From assembly GCA_964479055.1 (NCBI GenBank), contig CAYZKX010000002.1, forward strand, positions 1-36,582: DNA of 36,582 nucleotides. Direction: 5' to 3'. Positions 23,127-33,087 of this stretch are shown piece by piece. Each line of letters starts with the position of its first letter. Within the stretch, counting starts at the first letter, position 1. The DNA comes from an uncultured Flavobacteriaceae bacterium (lineage in GTDB: Bacteria; Bacteroidota; Bacteroidia; Flavobacteriales; Flavobacteriaceae). A program made the position numbers and the translations under genes. The notes beneath the pieces were generated by a model, which was given only the letters and a program-made list of their open reading frames with translations, was not told where the DNA came from and did not search any database.

Positions 23127-24083
23127 ATGCCGTCAAAAGTATTGATTATTGGTGCCTGTGGGCAAATAGGGTCGGAGCTCACCTTAAAATTAAGGGCGCA
23201 GTTGGGAAGTAATATGGTGGTAGCTTCCGATATTAGAGAGGGCGATAATGAAGTGGTGTCATCGGGCCCATTTGAGATCTTGGATGCAAAAGATTTTGAA
23301 TGCATCAAAGCATGTGTTTTAAAACATGATATTTATACGGTTTATTTACTAGCTGCACTATTAAGTGCAACTGGAGAAAAATATCCTGATAAAGCCTGGT
23401 CATTGAATATGACTTCCCTTTTACATGTTTTGGATCTCGCTAAAGAGGGTGTGATCAAAAAAGTATTTTGGCCATCTAGTATTGCAGTTTTTGGGCCTTC
23501 AACACCAAAATTAAATACCCCTCAGCATACGGTTATGGAGCCAACTACAGTCTACGGGATCACTAAAATGGCAGGGGAGCGTTGGTGTGAATACTACCAT
23601 CAAAATTATGGTGTTGACGTACGTAGTATCAGGTATCCCGGACTAATAAGTTGGAAAACACAACCTGGCGGTGGAACTACTGATTATGCCGTGGAGATCT
23701 TTCACAAAGCGATCACTTCAGAACATTACAGTTGTTTTATCAATGGTGATACAGCTTTACCTATGATGTATATGGAAGATGCCGTCAAGGCAACTATTGA
23801 CATAATGCAAGCTGATAGTGAGGATATAAAAATAAGATCGTCCTACAATTTGTCGGCCTTTAGTTTCACACCAGAAGATCTCGCAGGACTGATCAAACAG
23901 CACATTCCGGAATTTACTATTATCTACAACCCTGATTTCAGACAAAAAATTGCGGCTTCATGGCCAGAATCTATTGATGATAGCCATGCTAGAACAGATT
24001 GGAATTGGCAGCCTAATTACAATTTAAGCGCAATGGTAGAAGATATGTTATTGAATCTTCAGAGCTCACCGAGTTTAAGCTAG
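23127..24083 (+). CDS. Extended-SDR NAD-dependent epimerase/dehydratase family; probable L-threonine 3-dehydrogenase type
   Basis: 'VLIIGACGQIGSEL' Rossmann motif and a 'YGITK' catalytic YxxxK. The ~318-aa length and N-terminus resemble the SDR-type threonine dehydrogenases. Confidence 0.7.
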   Translation: MPSKVLIIGACGQIGSELTLKLRAQLGSNMVVASDIREGDNEVVSSGPFEILDAKDFECIKACVLKHDIYTVYLLAALLSATGEKYPDKAWSLNMTSLLHVLDLAKEGVIKKVFWPSSIAVFGPSTPKLNTPQHTVMEPTTVYGITKMAGERWCEYYHQNYGVDVRSIRYPGLISWKTQPGGGTTDYAVEIFHKAITSEHYSCFINGDTALPMMYMEDAVKATIDIMQADSEDIKIRSSYNLSAFSFTPEDLAGLIKQHIPEFTIIYNPDFRQKIAASWPESIDDSHARTDWNWQPNYNLSAMVEDMLLNLQSSPSLS

Positions 24084-24112
24084 TAGGAATTGCTAATAAT
24101 TGTAATTAAAGT

Positions 24113-24144
24113 TTTGCTCAGAATTAAAAATGAAATTATATTTG
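24113..24144 (+). promoter_or_regulatory. Candidate Bacteroidota sigma-A promoter for tRNA-Phe (-33 TTTG / -7 TAnnTTTG)
   Basis: 'TTTG' at 24113-24116 and 'TATATTTG' at 24137-24144 are separated by 20 nt. The -7 box ends 36 nt upstream of the tRNA 5' end. Confidence 0.45.
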
Positions 24145-24180
24145 CACGCTGTTTGTGATAACAATCACAACAATTGCAAT

Positions 24181-24253
<73 letters not shown>

Positions 24254-24257
24254 CTTT

Positions 24258-24288
24258 AAAATCCCGACCATCGCGTTCGGGATTTTTT
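24258..24288 (+). terminator. Rho-independent terminator after tRNA-Phe
   Basis: 'aaaatcccga' / 'tcgggatttt' forms a perfect 10-bp stem with a 9-nt loop and a T6 run. Confidence 0.8.
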
Positions 24289-24328
24289 AGTTTTAGGTTT
24301 TGTAAATTTGAATCTTTAATACCATTTG

Positions 24329-25057
24329 ATGAATCTCATAATTGATGTTGGTAATTCTTTTGTTAAGGTGGCTGTATATTCCAGATACCGCCTTCTCAAA
24401 AAAGTAACAGTCGAGTATGATGAGTTGATCCTTACCATTGATAAATTAAATAAACAGTACCCATCCATAAATCATGGTATTCTATCTGCGGTTGGACAGT
24501 TCGCAAAAAAGGATCTAAAAGCCTTGCAGTCCAGATTGAAGATTCACGTTTTATCACATACGTCTAAGTTACCTTTTAAAAATGAGTATGACACTCCTAA
24601 AACATTAGGTGTAGACCGTTTAGCTTTAGTGAGCGCTTCGGTTTTAAAATACAATGATAAAAATGTCTTGATTATTGATGCAGGAACTTGCATTACTTAC
24701 GATTTTATTACGCAAGAAAATATTTATTTAGGAGGTGCTATTTCACCCGGGATTAATATGCGTTATAAGACCTTGAATAATTTAACGGCTAACCTGCCGT
24801 TATTAAAAAGAAAAGCCCCACAGAATATTATAGGAAAGTCCACTAATGGCGCCATGCATTCGGGTGTGGTGAACGGTGTGGTTTATGAAATTGAAGGTGT
24901 CATCAAAGAATATAAAAGCAGATTTCAAGATTTAACAGTTATTTTAACAGGTGGAGACGGTAAATTCTTGTCAAAGCGATTAAAAAATGGCATATTTGCG
25001 AACTCAAATTTCCTATTAGACGGACTAAACTACATTTTGGAACTTAATTTAGATTGA
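24329..25057 (+). CDS. coaX: Type III pantothenate kinase
   Basis: 'MNLIIDVGNSFVKVAVY', 'TLGVDRL', 'IIDAGTCITYD' and 'ILTGGDG' are the ASKHA-fold CoaX motifs. Confidence 0.9.
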   Translation: MNLIIDVGNSFVKVAVYSRYRLLKKVTVEYDELILTIDKLNKQYPSINHGILSAVGQFAKKDLKALQSRLKIHVLSHTSKLPFKNEYDTPKTLGVDRLALVSASVLKYNDKNVLIIDAGTCITYDFITQENIYLGGAISPGINMRYKTLNNLTANLPLLKRKAPQNIIGKSTNGAMHSGVVNGVVYEIEGVIKEYKSRFQDLTVILTGGDGKFLSKRLKNGIFANSNFLLDGLNYILELNLD

Positions 25058-26376
25058 TGATTAAAAAACTTTGTATAGTTTTTTTAGCGTTTTTGGCGTT
25101 AAATGTATATGCTCAAGAAGGAACCGTATCGCCCTACTCTTTTTATGGTATTGGAAGTATAAAATTTAAAGGAACTGTAGAAAACAGATCCATGGGAAAT
25201 ATCAGTATTTTTTCAGATAGTATTCATGTAAATTTAAGAAACCCGGCAGCTAACGGAGGGAACAAACTTAAGATGTTCAATGAAGAGGGTCGACTGGTTA
25301 AATTTACCGTAGGAGCATCTCATACCGAAACCACATTAAAAACAGCCAACCAATCGGATAATACAAATGTGAGTACTTTTGACTATATGGCATTGTCATT
25401 GCCTATGGGTAAATTTGGAGCTACAATTGGCGTAACTCCATTCACATCGGTGGGCTATCGTCTGGAGGCTGAGGACATGGTTGCCGACACCATTTTACCA
25501 GTTAATCGTTACACTGGAGAAGGTGGATTGAACAGAGTGTTTTTAAGCTTTGGTTATCAATTAACAAAGAATCTTAGCGTAGGTGTTGAGGCCAACTACT
25601 TTTTCGGAAATATTCAAAACAATGCCTTGGAATTTGTTTATGATGATGAAGGTGATCCATTACAATATCAAAGTAGACAACGAAACAGATCAGACCTTAG
25701 TGGGTTCAATTTTAACATCGGAGCGATATATAATCCCATGATCAGTGATAGGTTTCAATTAACCACTGCATTTGTTTATACACCATCAGCAGACCTAAAG
25801 TCGCAAAATGAACGTATCTTTGAAACAGTTGCCATTAATCCATTTAGTGGAATTGAGTTTCCTGTAGGCGAAATTATTGCCGATCTGTCTCAAGACGGTC
25901 TGGAAACCACCGACCTGACCTTGCCGTCCAAAACAAGCTTTGGTGCAGGGATTGGACAGCCGCATCGTTGGTTTGTCGGTGCTGAGTATTCGTTCTTAAA
26001 AACTAGTGAGTTTGCAAATCCGATAGCGCCTAATGTTACGAATTCAGAGTTTGAAGATTCATCGTCATTTAATCTAGGCGGATTTGTAATACCAAATTAT
26101 AGATCGTTTAACAGCTATTGGTCGCGGGTGGTTTATCGTGCTGGGGTACGATTTGAAAATACGGGATTGAAGATCAATGGTGAGAGTATAAATGAGTTTG
26201 GCATATCTTTTGGAGTAGGATTACCAATGGGACGCCTATTGTCAAATACAAATATTGGATTTGAATATGGCCAGCTAGGAACAACCAGCGCTAATTTAGT
26301 GCAGGAGAACTTTTTTAGCTTTCAAATAAGCTTGTCATTAAATGACAGATGGTTCCAAAAAAGAAAATTAAACTAA
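25057..26376 (+). CDS. Outer-membrane beta-barrel protein (porin/FadL-like), function unknown
   Basis: Signal peptide 'LAFLALNVYAQ' and alternating beta-strand pattern with frequent aromatic/Gly strand ends. Its ATG shares one nucleotide with the coaX stop (TGATG). Confidence 0.7.
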   Translation: MIKKLCIVFLAFLALNVYAQEGTVSPYSFYGIGSIKFKGTVENRSMGNISIFSDSIHVNLRNPAANGGNKLKMFNEEGRLVKFTVGASHTETTLKTANQSDNTNVSTFDYMALSLPMGKFGATIGVTPFTSVGYRLEAEDMVADTILPVNRYTGEGGLNRVFLSFGYQLTKNLSVGVEANYFFGNIQNNALEFVYDDEGDPLQYQSRQRNRSDLSGFNFNIGAIYNPMISDRFQLTTAFVYTPSADLKSQNERIFETVAINPFSGIEFPVGEIIADLSQDGLETTDLTLPSKTSFGAGIGQPHRWFVGAEYSFLKTSEFANPIAPNVTNSEFEDSSSFNLGGFVIPNYRSFNSYWSRVVYRAGVRFENTGLKINGESINEFGISFGVGLPMGRLLSNTNIGFEYGQLGTTSANLVQENFFSFQISLSLNDRWFQKRKLN

Positions 26377-26395
26377 TTAATATAATACTAAAAAA

Positions 26396-27772
26396 ATGAA
26401 GACGAAGATTACACTTTTAGTAGCAATGCTTTTCCTGGGTTTAAGCACCGTGAATGCACAGGATAAAGATTTAGAGACATTGTCAATTTTTGCCGAGTAT
26501 GTGAAGGCAAAGAATTATGATGCTGCGTATGGGCCTTGGATGGAGTTAAGACAACGCAATCCAAAGTACCATTTATCAATTTTTTCATCAGGAGAAAAGA
26601 TCTTAAAGCATAAGATCGAAAAGAGTTCAGGAAGTGAACAAATGGATTATTTGAATGACCTAATGAAATTATATGATGAGCGTATTCAATACTACCCTTC
26701 AAAAACGAAGACTGGTGATATCTTATCAGATAAAGCCCAGTTAATGTATGACTACAAAAAAGAATTAGGAAAGAGCGATTCTCAAATCTATAGTGCCTTT
26801 GATGATGCCTACAAAAAAGACGCTAAAACCTTTACAAACCCTAAAGCTCTTTACACCTATTTTAAAACGGCTGTAAATTTATACGATGCCAATCAAATGC
26901 CAGCCGAGAACTTGTTTACTAAATATGACGAGATCTCTGAAAAGGTTGAGGCCGAAGTAAAAAATTACACGCAACGCTTAAATAAGTTTGTGCCTACTGA
27001 CGATACCGAAGTAACTTTAAGTAAGAAAGACGCTCAAAAGGTGCGCTCATATACTACCTTCTTAAAAGCATATGATCAAATAAGCAGTGGAATGGATAAA
27101 GATCTTGGTGATCGTGCAAATTGCGAAAACTTGATTCCATTGTATAACAAGAACTATGAAGAAAATAAGAACGATGCGTTATGGTTGCAACGTGCAATGA
27201 ACAGATTGTATACCAAAGAGTGTACTGATGATCCGTTGTTTGTTAAAATAGTACAACAAAAAAACAGTGTGTCACCTAACGCTTCAACAGCATACTATTT
27301 AGGAATTCTTAAAGACAAAACTGGTGATAGTGATGCCGCTTTAGAATTCTACAATCAAGCCGTAGAATTGGAAACCGATAGTTATGAAAAAGCGCGTATA
27401 CTATATAGAATTGCTTCAAACTTCAAGAAAAAAGGAAGTTATGGTCAGGCAAGAAATTATTTTAATAAGGCCTTAAAAGAAAACCCGTCTATGGGAAGCT
27501 GTCACTTGCAGATCTCAGCCATGTATGCCAGCAGTGCTAATAACTGCGGTACAGATGGATTTTCAAAACGTGCCGTATTCTGGTTAGCCGCTCAGGAAGC
27601 TGCAAAAGCAGGACGCGTAGATCCTAATTTGAAAAAAGCAGCCTCTCAAAGTGTTGCTAATTATTCAGCCAAAGCACCGTCAAAATCTGATATTTTCTCG
27701 GCTGGTAGAGCTGGTGAAAAAATTAGTATTGGCTGCTGGATAGGTAGAACTGTTACGGTACCAAGCCTATAA
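26396..27772 (+). CDS. Secreted TPR-repeat protein
   Basis: Signal peptide 'LFLGLSTVNAQ' and TPR-like 'AYYLGILKDKTGDSDAALEFYNQAVELETDSYEKARILYRIASNFKKKGSYGQARNYFNKALKENP'. Confidence 0.7.
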   Translation: MKTKITLLVAMLFLGLSTVNAQDKDLETLSIFAEYVKAKNYDAAYGPWMELRQRNPKYHLSIFSSGEKILKHKIEKSSGSEQMDYLNDLMKLYDERIQYYPSKTKTGDILSDKAQLMYDYKKELGKSDSQIYSAFDDAYKKDAKTFTNPKALYTYFKTAVNLYDANQMPAENLFTKYDEISEKVEAEVKNYTQRLNKFVPTDDTEVTLSKKDAQKVRSYTTFLKAYDQISSGMDKDLGDRANCENLIPLYNKNYEENKNDALWLQRAMNRLYTKECTDDPLFVKIVQQKNSVSPNASTAYYLGILKDKTGDSDAALEFYNQAVELETDSYEKARILYRIASNFKKKGSYGQARNYFNKALKENPSMGSCHLQISAMYASSANNCGTDGFSKRAVFWLAAQEAAKAGRVDPNLKKAASQSVANYSAKAPSKSDIFSAGRAGEKISIGCWIGRTVTVPSL

Positions 27773-28326
27773 TGTATTCGTCTTTAAAATATATTTTACA
27801 ATTCGTGGTCACAGTGTTTGCTGTGACCATGTTTTTTTCTTGTAAAAATAATTTTAAGGAAGTACAAAATATTGGTCGACCTTCAGCAGGACCATTAACA
27901 ATTACTCACAATATAAATACCAAATATACCGACTCTGGTCGATTGAAGTCGGTGTTGAAAAGCCCTAAAATGTTGGATTATTCCAACAGGGATTTTGCTT
28001 ATAATGAATTTCCCGAAGGTGCAGACTTAACCCTCTATGACGATAATGATAACCGTAGTAATGTGATAGCTGATTACGCTATTGTATACAATAAAACCGA
28101 CATCATTGATCTCCGAGGGAATGTTGTTTTGCACACGCACAATGGCGATACGCTTTTTGCTGATCAACTTTATTACGATTTGAAGAATGAATGGTTATTC
28201 ACTAACCAACCTGTTAAATTTAGAACAAAGGATCAGCTTATAAATGGCAACGGTTTTGACAGTAATCGCAATTTCACGAATGCCCATGTTTTAGAAGTCA
28301 CGGGTTTGGTGTACCTAAACGAATAA
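27772..28326 (+). CDS. LptC-like (OstA-fold) periplasmic LPS-transport protein, membrane/lipid anchored
   Basis: N-terminal anchor 'VVTVFAVTMFFSC' and an LptC-like pattern 'ADYAIVYNKTDIIDLRGNVVLHTHNGDTLFADQLYYD...NGNGFDSN'. A TAATG overlap links it to the upstream gene. Confidence 0.6.
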   Translation: MYSSLKYILQFVVTVFAVTMFFSCKNNFKEVQNIGRPSAGPLTITHNINTKYTDSGRLKSVLKSPKMLDYSNRDFAYNEFPEGADLTLYDDNDNRSNVIADYAIVYNKTDIIDLRGNVVLHTHNGDTLFADQLYYDLKNEWLFTNQPVKFRTKDQLINGNGFDSNRNFTNAHVLEVTGLVYLNE

Positions 28327-28363
28327 TCTTTATATTTACATAGCTAATAGCTATTTCTATGTT

Positions 28364-28561
28364 ATGAAACTACTCAAGTTCTTACAGTATATCTATTTAT
28401 TTTTTGTAGTCCTATTTTCTTACGATGTGATTACCAATTGGAATACCGATAGGCAACGCGCCTATATCTCATTATTATTTGCGGTCTTGGCTTTGTTCAT
28501 GTATTTCTTCAGAAAAAAATACAGAAAGCGATTTGAAGATTATGGAAAGCAGAAAAAATGA
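28364..28561 (+). CDS. Small two-TM membrane protein
   Basis: 65 aa with two hydrophobic helices and a basic tail. An ATGA overlap with the downstream gene suggests it is translated. Confidence 0.5.
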   Translation: MKLLKFLQYIYLFFVVLFSYDVITNWNTDRQRAYISLLFAVLALFMYFFRKKYRKRFEDYGKQKK

Positions 28562-29847
28562 GTGCTGAAATAGTAACCATTATTGTTTCATTAATATTTT
28601 CGGCCTTCTTTTCAGGTATGGAGATTGCTTATGTCTCTTCCAATAAGATCCATATTGAAATCGAAAAAAAACAAGAAGGATTCCTGGCACAAGTATTGAC
28701 CAGACTTACTGCTAAACCGTCAAAATTTATTGCTACCATGCTGATAGGTAATAATATAGCACTGGTAATCTATGGTTTTTTTATGGGCGATATGCTAGTA
28801 GATTGGTTTAAAACTTTGTTACCTACTTCATCAGCGATGCTTAACTATTTGTTGACTGACCTGAGTTTATTGTCACAAACAGTTATTTCAACGATTATAA
28901 TCTTAATAACTGCAGAATTTCTACCCAAAGTGTTTTTTCAAATTTATTCAAATACCTTTTTAAAGGTGTTTGCCTTTCCGGCTTATGTGTTCTACCTTTT
29001 GTTTTCTATGATCTCCGATTTTGTGATCTGGATTTCTGATGTTATACTTAAATATATTTTTAAAACAGAAGGCGATCAGGTCCAACTGGCCTTTTCTAAA
29101 GTTGAGCTAGGTAATTATATTTCCGAACAGATGGAGACTGTTGAAGAACATGAAAAAGTAGATACTGAAATTCAGATTTTTCAAAATGCATTAGAATTCT
29201 CAGAAGTCAAGGCTCGAGAAGTTATGGTGCCAAGAACGGAATTGGAAGCAGTTGAAATTCACAGCAGCATAAAAGATCTCAGTGATCGGTTCACCAACAC
29301 GGGTTACTCCAAGATTTTGGTATTTAGAGATACCATTGATGATATTTTGGGCTATGTGCATTCATTCGATTTATTTAAAAAGCCAAAAACTATTAGGTCC
29401 ATTATCATGCCTGTTGAATTTGTGCCTGAAACTATGTTGATCAATGATATCATGAATGTGCTGATCAAAAAGCGAAAAAGTATTGCTGTAGTTTTAGACG
29501 AATATGGAGGAACATCAGGAATAATCACTATTGAAGACATCGTTGAAGAATTGTTTGGTGAAATAGAGGACGAACACGACAGTATTGACCTAATTGAAGA
29601 ACGCATAAACGACAATACTTATAAATTTTCGGCACGATTGGAAGTGGATTATATTAATGAAACCTATAAACTCAATTTGCCAGAGAATGAAAACTACGAA
29701 ACATTGGGTGGTTTTATAGTAAGTAGAACCGAAGAAATTCCTCAAAAAAATGATGAACTGGAAATAGAAAATCTACGCTTTACAATTCTAGAGGTATCGA
29801 ATACTAAAATTGATTTAGTATTGATGGAAGTACATGAAGTAGATTAA
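28558..29847 (+). CDS. CNNM/CorC/TlyC-family membrane protein (DUF21 TM domain, CBS pair, CorC_HlyC domain); related to GldE
   Basis: Four N-terminal TM helices, a CBS pair ('REVMVPRTELEAV...', 'IIMPVEFVPETMLINDIMNVLIKKRKSIAVVLDEYGGTSGIITIEDIVEELFGEIEDEHD') and a C-terminal transporter-associated domain. Confidence 0.85.
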   Translation: MSAEIVTIIVSLIFSAFFSGMEIAYVSSNKIHIEIEKKQEGFLAQVLTRLTAKPSKFIATMLIGNNIALVIYGFFMGDMLVDWFKTLLPTSSAMLNYLLTDLSLLSQTVISTIIILITAEFLPKVFFQIYSNTFLKVFAFPAYVFYLLFSMISDFVIWISDVILKYIFKTEGDQVQLAFSKVELGNYISEQMETVEEHEKVDTEIQIFQNALEFSEVKAREVMVPRTELEAVEIHSSIKDLSDRFTNTGYSKILVFRDTIDDILGYVHSFDLFKKPKTIRSIIMPVEFVPETMLINDIMNVLIKKRKSIAVVLDEYGGTSGIITIEDIVEELFGEIEDEHDSIDLIEERINDNTYKFSARLEVDYINETYKLNLPENENYETLGGFIVSRTEEIPQKNDELEIENLRFTILEVSNTKIDLVLMEVHEVD

Positions 29848-29910
29848 TTGTTGAAACACCTTTTGATTGGTATTACAAACTTCGTTAAATAACGTATTAT
29901 CCCTTTCATA

Positions 29911-29950
29911 AGTGCGTGAAATATACTATTTTCGCGCACTGTATTTTGTA
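29911..29950 (+). terminator. Hairpin with a weak U-tract; possible terminator or attenuator between the CNNM-family and PpiD-like genes
   Basis: 'agtgcgtgaaa' / 'tttcgcgcact' forms an 11-bp stem (one G-U pair) with a 7-nt loop, followed by 'gtattttgta'. Confidence 0.4.
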
Positions 29951-29967
29951 TAAAATAACATAACAAT

Positions 29968-32127
29968 ATGGCAATTTTAGGAAAAATAAGACAACGTTCA
30001 CTCATCTTAATATTAGTGATTGCAATGGCATTATTCTCATTTGTACTTGCAGATCTATTTAGAGGAGGTGGTGTTAGTGCTTCAGATTTAGTAGTGGCAA
30101 CGGTCAACGGAAATGATATTGAAAGAGATGACTTTATGCAAAAAGTTGAGGTTGCTCAGCAACGTTCTGGAGGCAGAGTCTCGAATACACAGGCCTTAAA
30201 CCAGGTGTGGGAACAAGAATTGCGAAACTTGATTTTGGACTCTCAATATGAAGAGCTTGGATTAACAGTTGAAAGAGATCAAATGCGTGGTCTTTTGAAG
30301 CAAGGATTACAAGCCTTTGACGAATTTAAAGATGAAGCAGGAGAATTTGATAACAATAAATTAAATGAATTTATTGCCAATCTTGAAGCCATTTACCCTG
30401 ATCCGGTTTTATTAGGAAATCAGGTTCAAATGAACTATGATGATTGGAAAAACTACGAGAATTCACTGGCCACTAATGGACTGTCACAGACATATTTTAA
30501 TATGGTGCGTGCAGGAATCACTGGAACCCTAGTAGATGGTCAGTTAGATCATCAATTAGAGAATGATCGCGTAGACATTAAATATATTCAGATTCCATAT
30601 TCAACCATCCCAGATAGCACGGTTGCAGTATCTAAAGAGGAAATTGCCAAATATGTGAATGAGCATCAAGACCAATTTGAAGTTGAAGAAACAAGAGATA
30701 TTCAGTATGTTCAATTTTTGGAAGAAGCTTCTCCTGAAGATGAAGAGGCAATTAAAAATGACTTGCTTAGTTTACTTGAAGATCGTGTAGAATTCAATGA
30801 AGCCTCAAAACTTAATGATACTATTGTTGGTTTTAATAATACTGATAATTATGAGGAGTTTGTGAACACGAATTCTGAATTAAAATTTAACCCACAATAT
30901 TTGTTGAAAGATAGAATGCCAGTAGGCGTTGGTGATAGTTTATTTGCAAGAGAAATTGGTGACAATTATGGTCCTTATGAACAAGCGGGATTGTTTACTA
31001 TTTCAAAAGTTGTGGATATACGTCAGGTGGCAGACTCTGTTAAATCCAGTCATATAATAGTTCCTTATGTTGGTGCTTTTCAAGCTGCGCCTACAGTAAC
31101 CACTAGTTATGATGATGCCAGAGCTATGGTTGATAGTATACTACCATTGGTGAAGAATAATAAAACGAAATTTGCTGAGGTTGCAGATGAAATAAACACC
31201 GATGGTACAAAAGGTACAGGAGGCGATATTGGATGGACGCGATATGCAAATTACAACCCGCAAACGTTTGATCCTGATTTTGCTGATTTCATTTATTTTG
31301 AAGATGAAGGAAGTGTGGAGATCGTTGAAACTAAATTTGGGTTTCATATCATAAGTATTGATGAAAGCAAAAACTTAGAAAAAGTTATTCAAATTGCCAA
31401 CTTGGCGAGAACCATTGAGCCTTCAGAGGCTACAATTAACGAAGTGTTCAACAAAACATCCAAGTTCGAGATTGCTGTGGCTGATAGTGATTATCAAGCT
31501 GTAGCCGAAGAAAATGGCTATGAAGTTCGTGTCTCGGTAGGATTAAAGGAGTTAGATGAAAATATTATTGGTCTTGGCCCGCAACGTCAAATTGTACGTT
31601 GGACTTATGAAGATGGTGTTAAAGTAGGTGATGTTAAACGGTTTCCTTTGAACAATGGATTTGTTGTTGTTAGATTGACTGCTAAAGGTAAAAAAGGATT
31701 GATGACTACAGAGAACGCTTCAGTTACTGTCCTACCAATATTAAGAAAAGAAAAGAAGGCTGAGATCATTCGTCAAGGAATTGTAGGCTCAGTATTGGAA
31801 GAAGTGGCTAATGCACAAGGTCAAACTGTGAGAACTGCAGTTGCTTTGAATATGAAGAACCCAACGCTTTCAGGAGCAGGTCAGGAGCCCGCAGTTATTG
31901 GTGCTGCCTTTGGATTGAATGAAGGCGCAACCTCAGGCTTGATTGATGGTAATAACGGCGTTTATATGGTTCAGGTAACCAAAGTTACACCTGCAACAGA
32001 ACTGCCTAATTACAATGCAGCATCCGAACGTTTTGTCGAAGCCAAGATCACCTCGGTGAACACGGCACTATACAATGCACTTCGTGAAGTAGCTGATATA
32101 AAGGATAATAGAGCTATTGTTTACTAA
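29968..32127 (+). CDS. Periplasmic chaperone / peptidyl-prolyl isomerase, PpiD/SurA-like
   Basis: N-terminal TM anchor 'LILILVIAMALFSFVLADLF'. Parvulin domain 'VKSSHIIVPY...GGDIGW...FGFHIISI'. The 719-aa length is typical of PpiD. Confidence 0.85.
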   Translation: MAILGKIRQRSLILILVIAMALFSFVLADLFRGGGVSASDLVVATVNGNDIERDDFMQKVEVAQQRSGGRVSNTQALNQVWEQELRNLILDSQYEELGLTVERDQMRGLLKQGLQAFDEFKDEAGEFDNNKLNEFIANLEAIYPDPVLLGNQVQMNYDDWKNYENSLATNGLSQTYFNMVRAGITGTLVDGQLDHQLENDRVDIKYIQIPYSTIPDSTVAVSKEEIAKYVNEHQDQFEVEETRDIQYVQFLEEASPEDEEAIKNDLLSLLEDRVEFNEASKLNDTIVGFNNTDNYEEFVNTNSELKFNPQYLLKDRMPVGVGDSLFAREIGDNYGPYEQAGLFTISKVVDIRQVADSVKSSHIIVPYVGAFQAAPTVTTSYDDARAMVDSILPLVKNNKTKFAEVADEINTDGTKGTGGDIGWTRYANYNPQTFDPDFADFIYFEDEGSVEIVETKFGFHIISIDESKNLEKVIQIANLARTIEPSEATINEVFNKTSKFEIAVADSDYQAVAEENGYEVRVSVGLKELDENIIGLGPQRQIVRWTYEDGVKVGDVKRFPLNNGFVVVRLTAKGKKGLMTTENASVTVLPILRKEKKAEIIRQGIVGSVLEEVANAQGQTVRTAVALNMKNPTLSGAGQEPAVIGAAFGLNEGATSGLIDGNNGVYMVQVTKVTPATELPNYNAASERFVEAKITSVNTALYNALREVADIKDNRAIVY

Positions 32128-32146
32128 ATACAGGCTAAGTTAATAT

Positions 32147-32177
32147 AAAGGCCTCATGAACAATGAGGCCTTTTTTT
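32147..32177. terminator. Bidirectional intrinsic terminator
   Basis: 'aaaggcctcat' gaaca 'atgaggccttt' followed by a T-run. It overlaps the stop codon (32176-32178) of the convergent GHMP kinase gene. Confidence 0.8.
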
Positions 32178-33087
32178 ATAGTATCATTTCTTGATAAGGT
32201 ATGACAGTTGAATATCCCTTATTATTGAAATAATATGTCGGGTCTTCTAGTGAAGCTACCATTATAAAATCACCACCCCAGGCACCCAGACTTTTTACAG
32301 TTCCTTTAAAATCGGAAAACAGGGTTTGTTTTAAAGACGCTTCCTCAATTAAATTTGAGATCACATTTTCGTGTTCTTCAATAAGTTCACAATACACTTT
32401 AAAATCAGAACAGTCTAAAATGGCCATCGTAATACTATTGAGTTTTAATATGGCTTCTCTTTTAAAGTTGTTTTTCACAGATTTATAGGCTTCTATGGCT
32501 TTTTGACTGTTACGTTTTTTATTGAGATAGACAAAATAGAGATGGTCAGAAAATTCGGGATCAAAAGTAACAGCTTCGACTATTCTATTGTGATTATGGT
32601 TTTGGTAAATAATAGGGCCATCATATTGTGCGCAGGCAATATCGTAACCACTACCACCAAATGTGAGCTCCAATAATTCATATGCATCAACATTGGTCCA
32701 ATTGGCAATATTATTAATTAACGTAGATGAAGAACCAAGTCCCCAATGACGATCAAATTCCAGTTTGGTTATAACATTTGAACCGGCACTAGCATTGAAA
32801 AAATTAGGATTAAGTTGGTGCACAGCCTGAATAATACTTAAAAACCTATGAAGTATGGGATCACTGCATGCTTTTAATTGATCTGCTATTTCATCCAATT
32901 TTATATGAGTTTCAAACCAACAGGAATTGTTTTTATCCAAACTTTGCCAATGTAATGCGTTACCTATTCCATCCTCTACATGTAACGACTGGCCTAGTTT
33001 GGTTGGTAATGCCAATGCTTTAGCACCATCCAGAACAGCGTATTCCGCTGTTAACAATAATTTGCCATGGCTATAATATGTCGGCAT
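32176..33087 (-). CDS. GHMP-family kinase associated with the mevalonate pathway (exact substrate unassigned)
   Basis: 'GKLLLTAEYAVLDGAKALALP' N-terminal motif and the 'HWGLGSSSTL' GHMP motif II. The start overlaps the HMG-CoA reductase stop by 17 nt. Confidence 0.8.
   Translation of the reverse strand: MPTYYSHGKLLLTAEYAVLDGAKALALPTKLGQSLHVEDGIGNALHWQSLDKNNSCWFETHIKLDEIADQLKACSDPILHRFLSIIQAVHQLNPNFFNASAGSNVITKLEFDRHWGLGSSSTLINNIANWTNVDAYELLELTFGGSGYDIACAQYDGPIIYQNHNHNRIVEAVTFDPEFSDHLYFVYLNKKRNSQKAIEAYKSVKNNFKREAILKLNSITMAILDCSDFKVYCELIEEHENVISNLIEEASLKQTLFSDFKGTVKSLGAWGGDFIMVASLEDPTYYFNNKGYSTVIPYQEMIL

Noticed and set aside
29844-30107. An 87-aa minus-strand ORF spanning the CNNM / PpiD-like intergenic region.
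   Set aside because: It overlaps the 5' end of the well-supported PpiD-like gene and the hairpin at 29911-29940, has no motif, and is probably a frame artefact.
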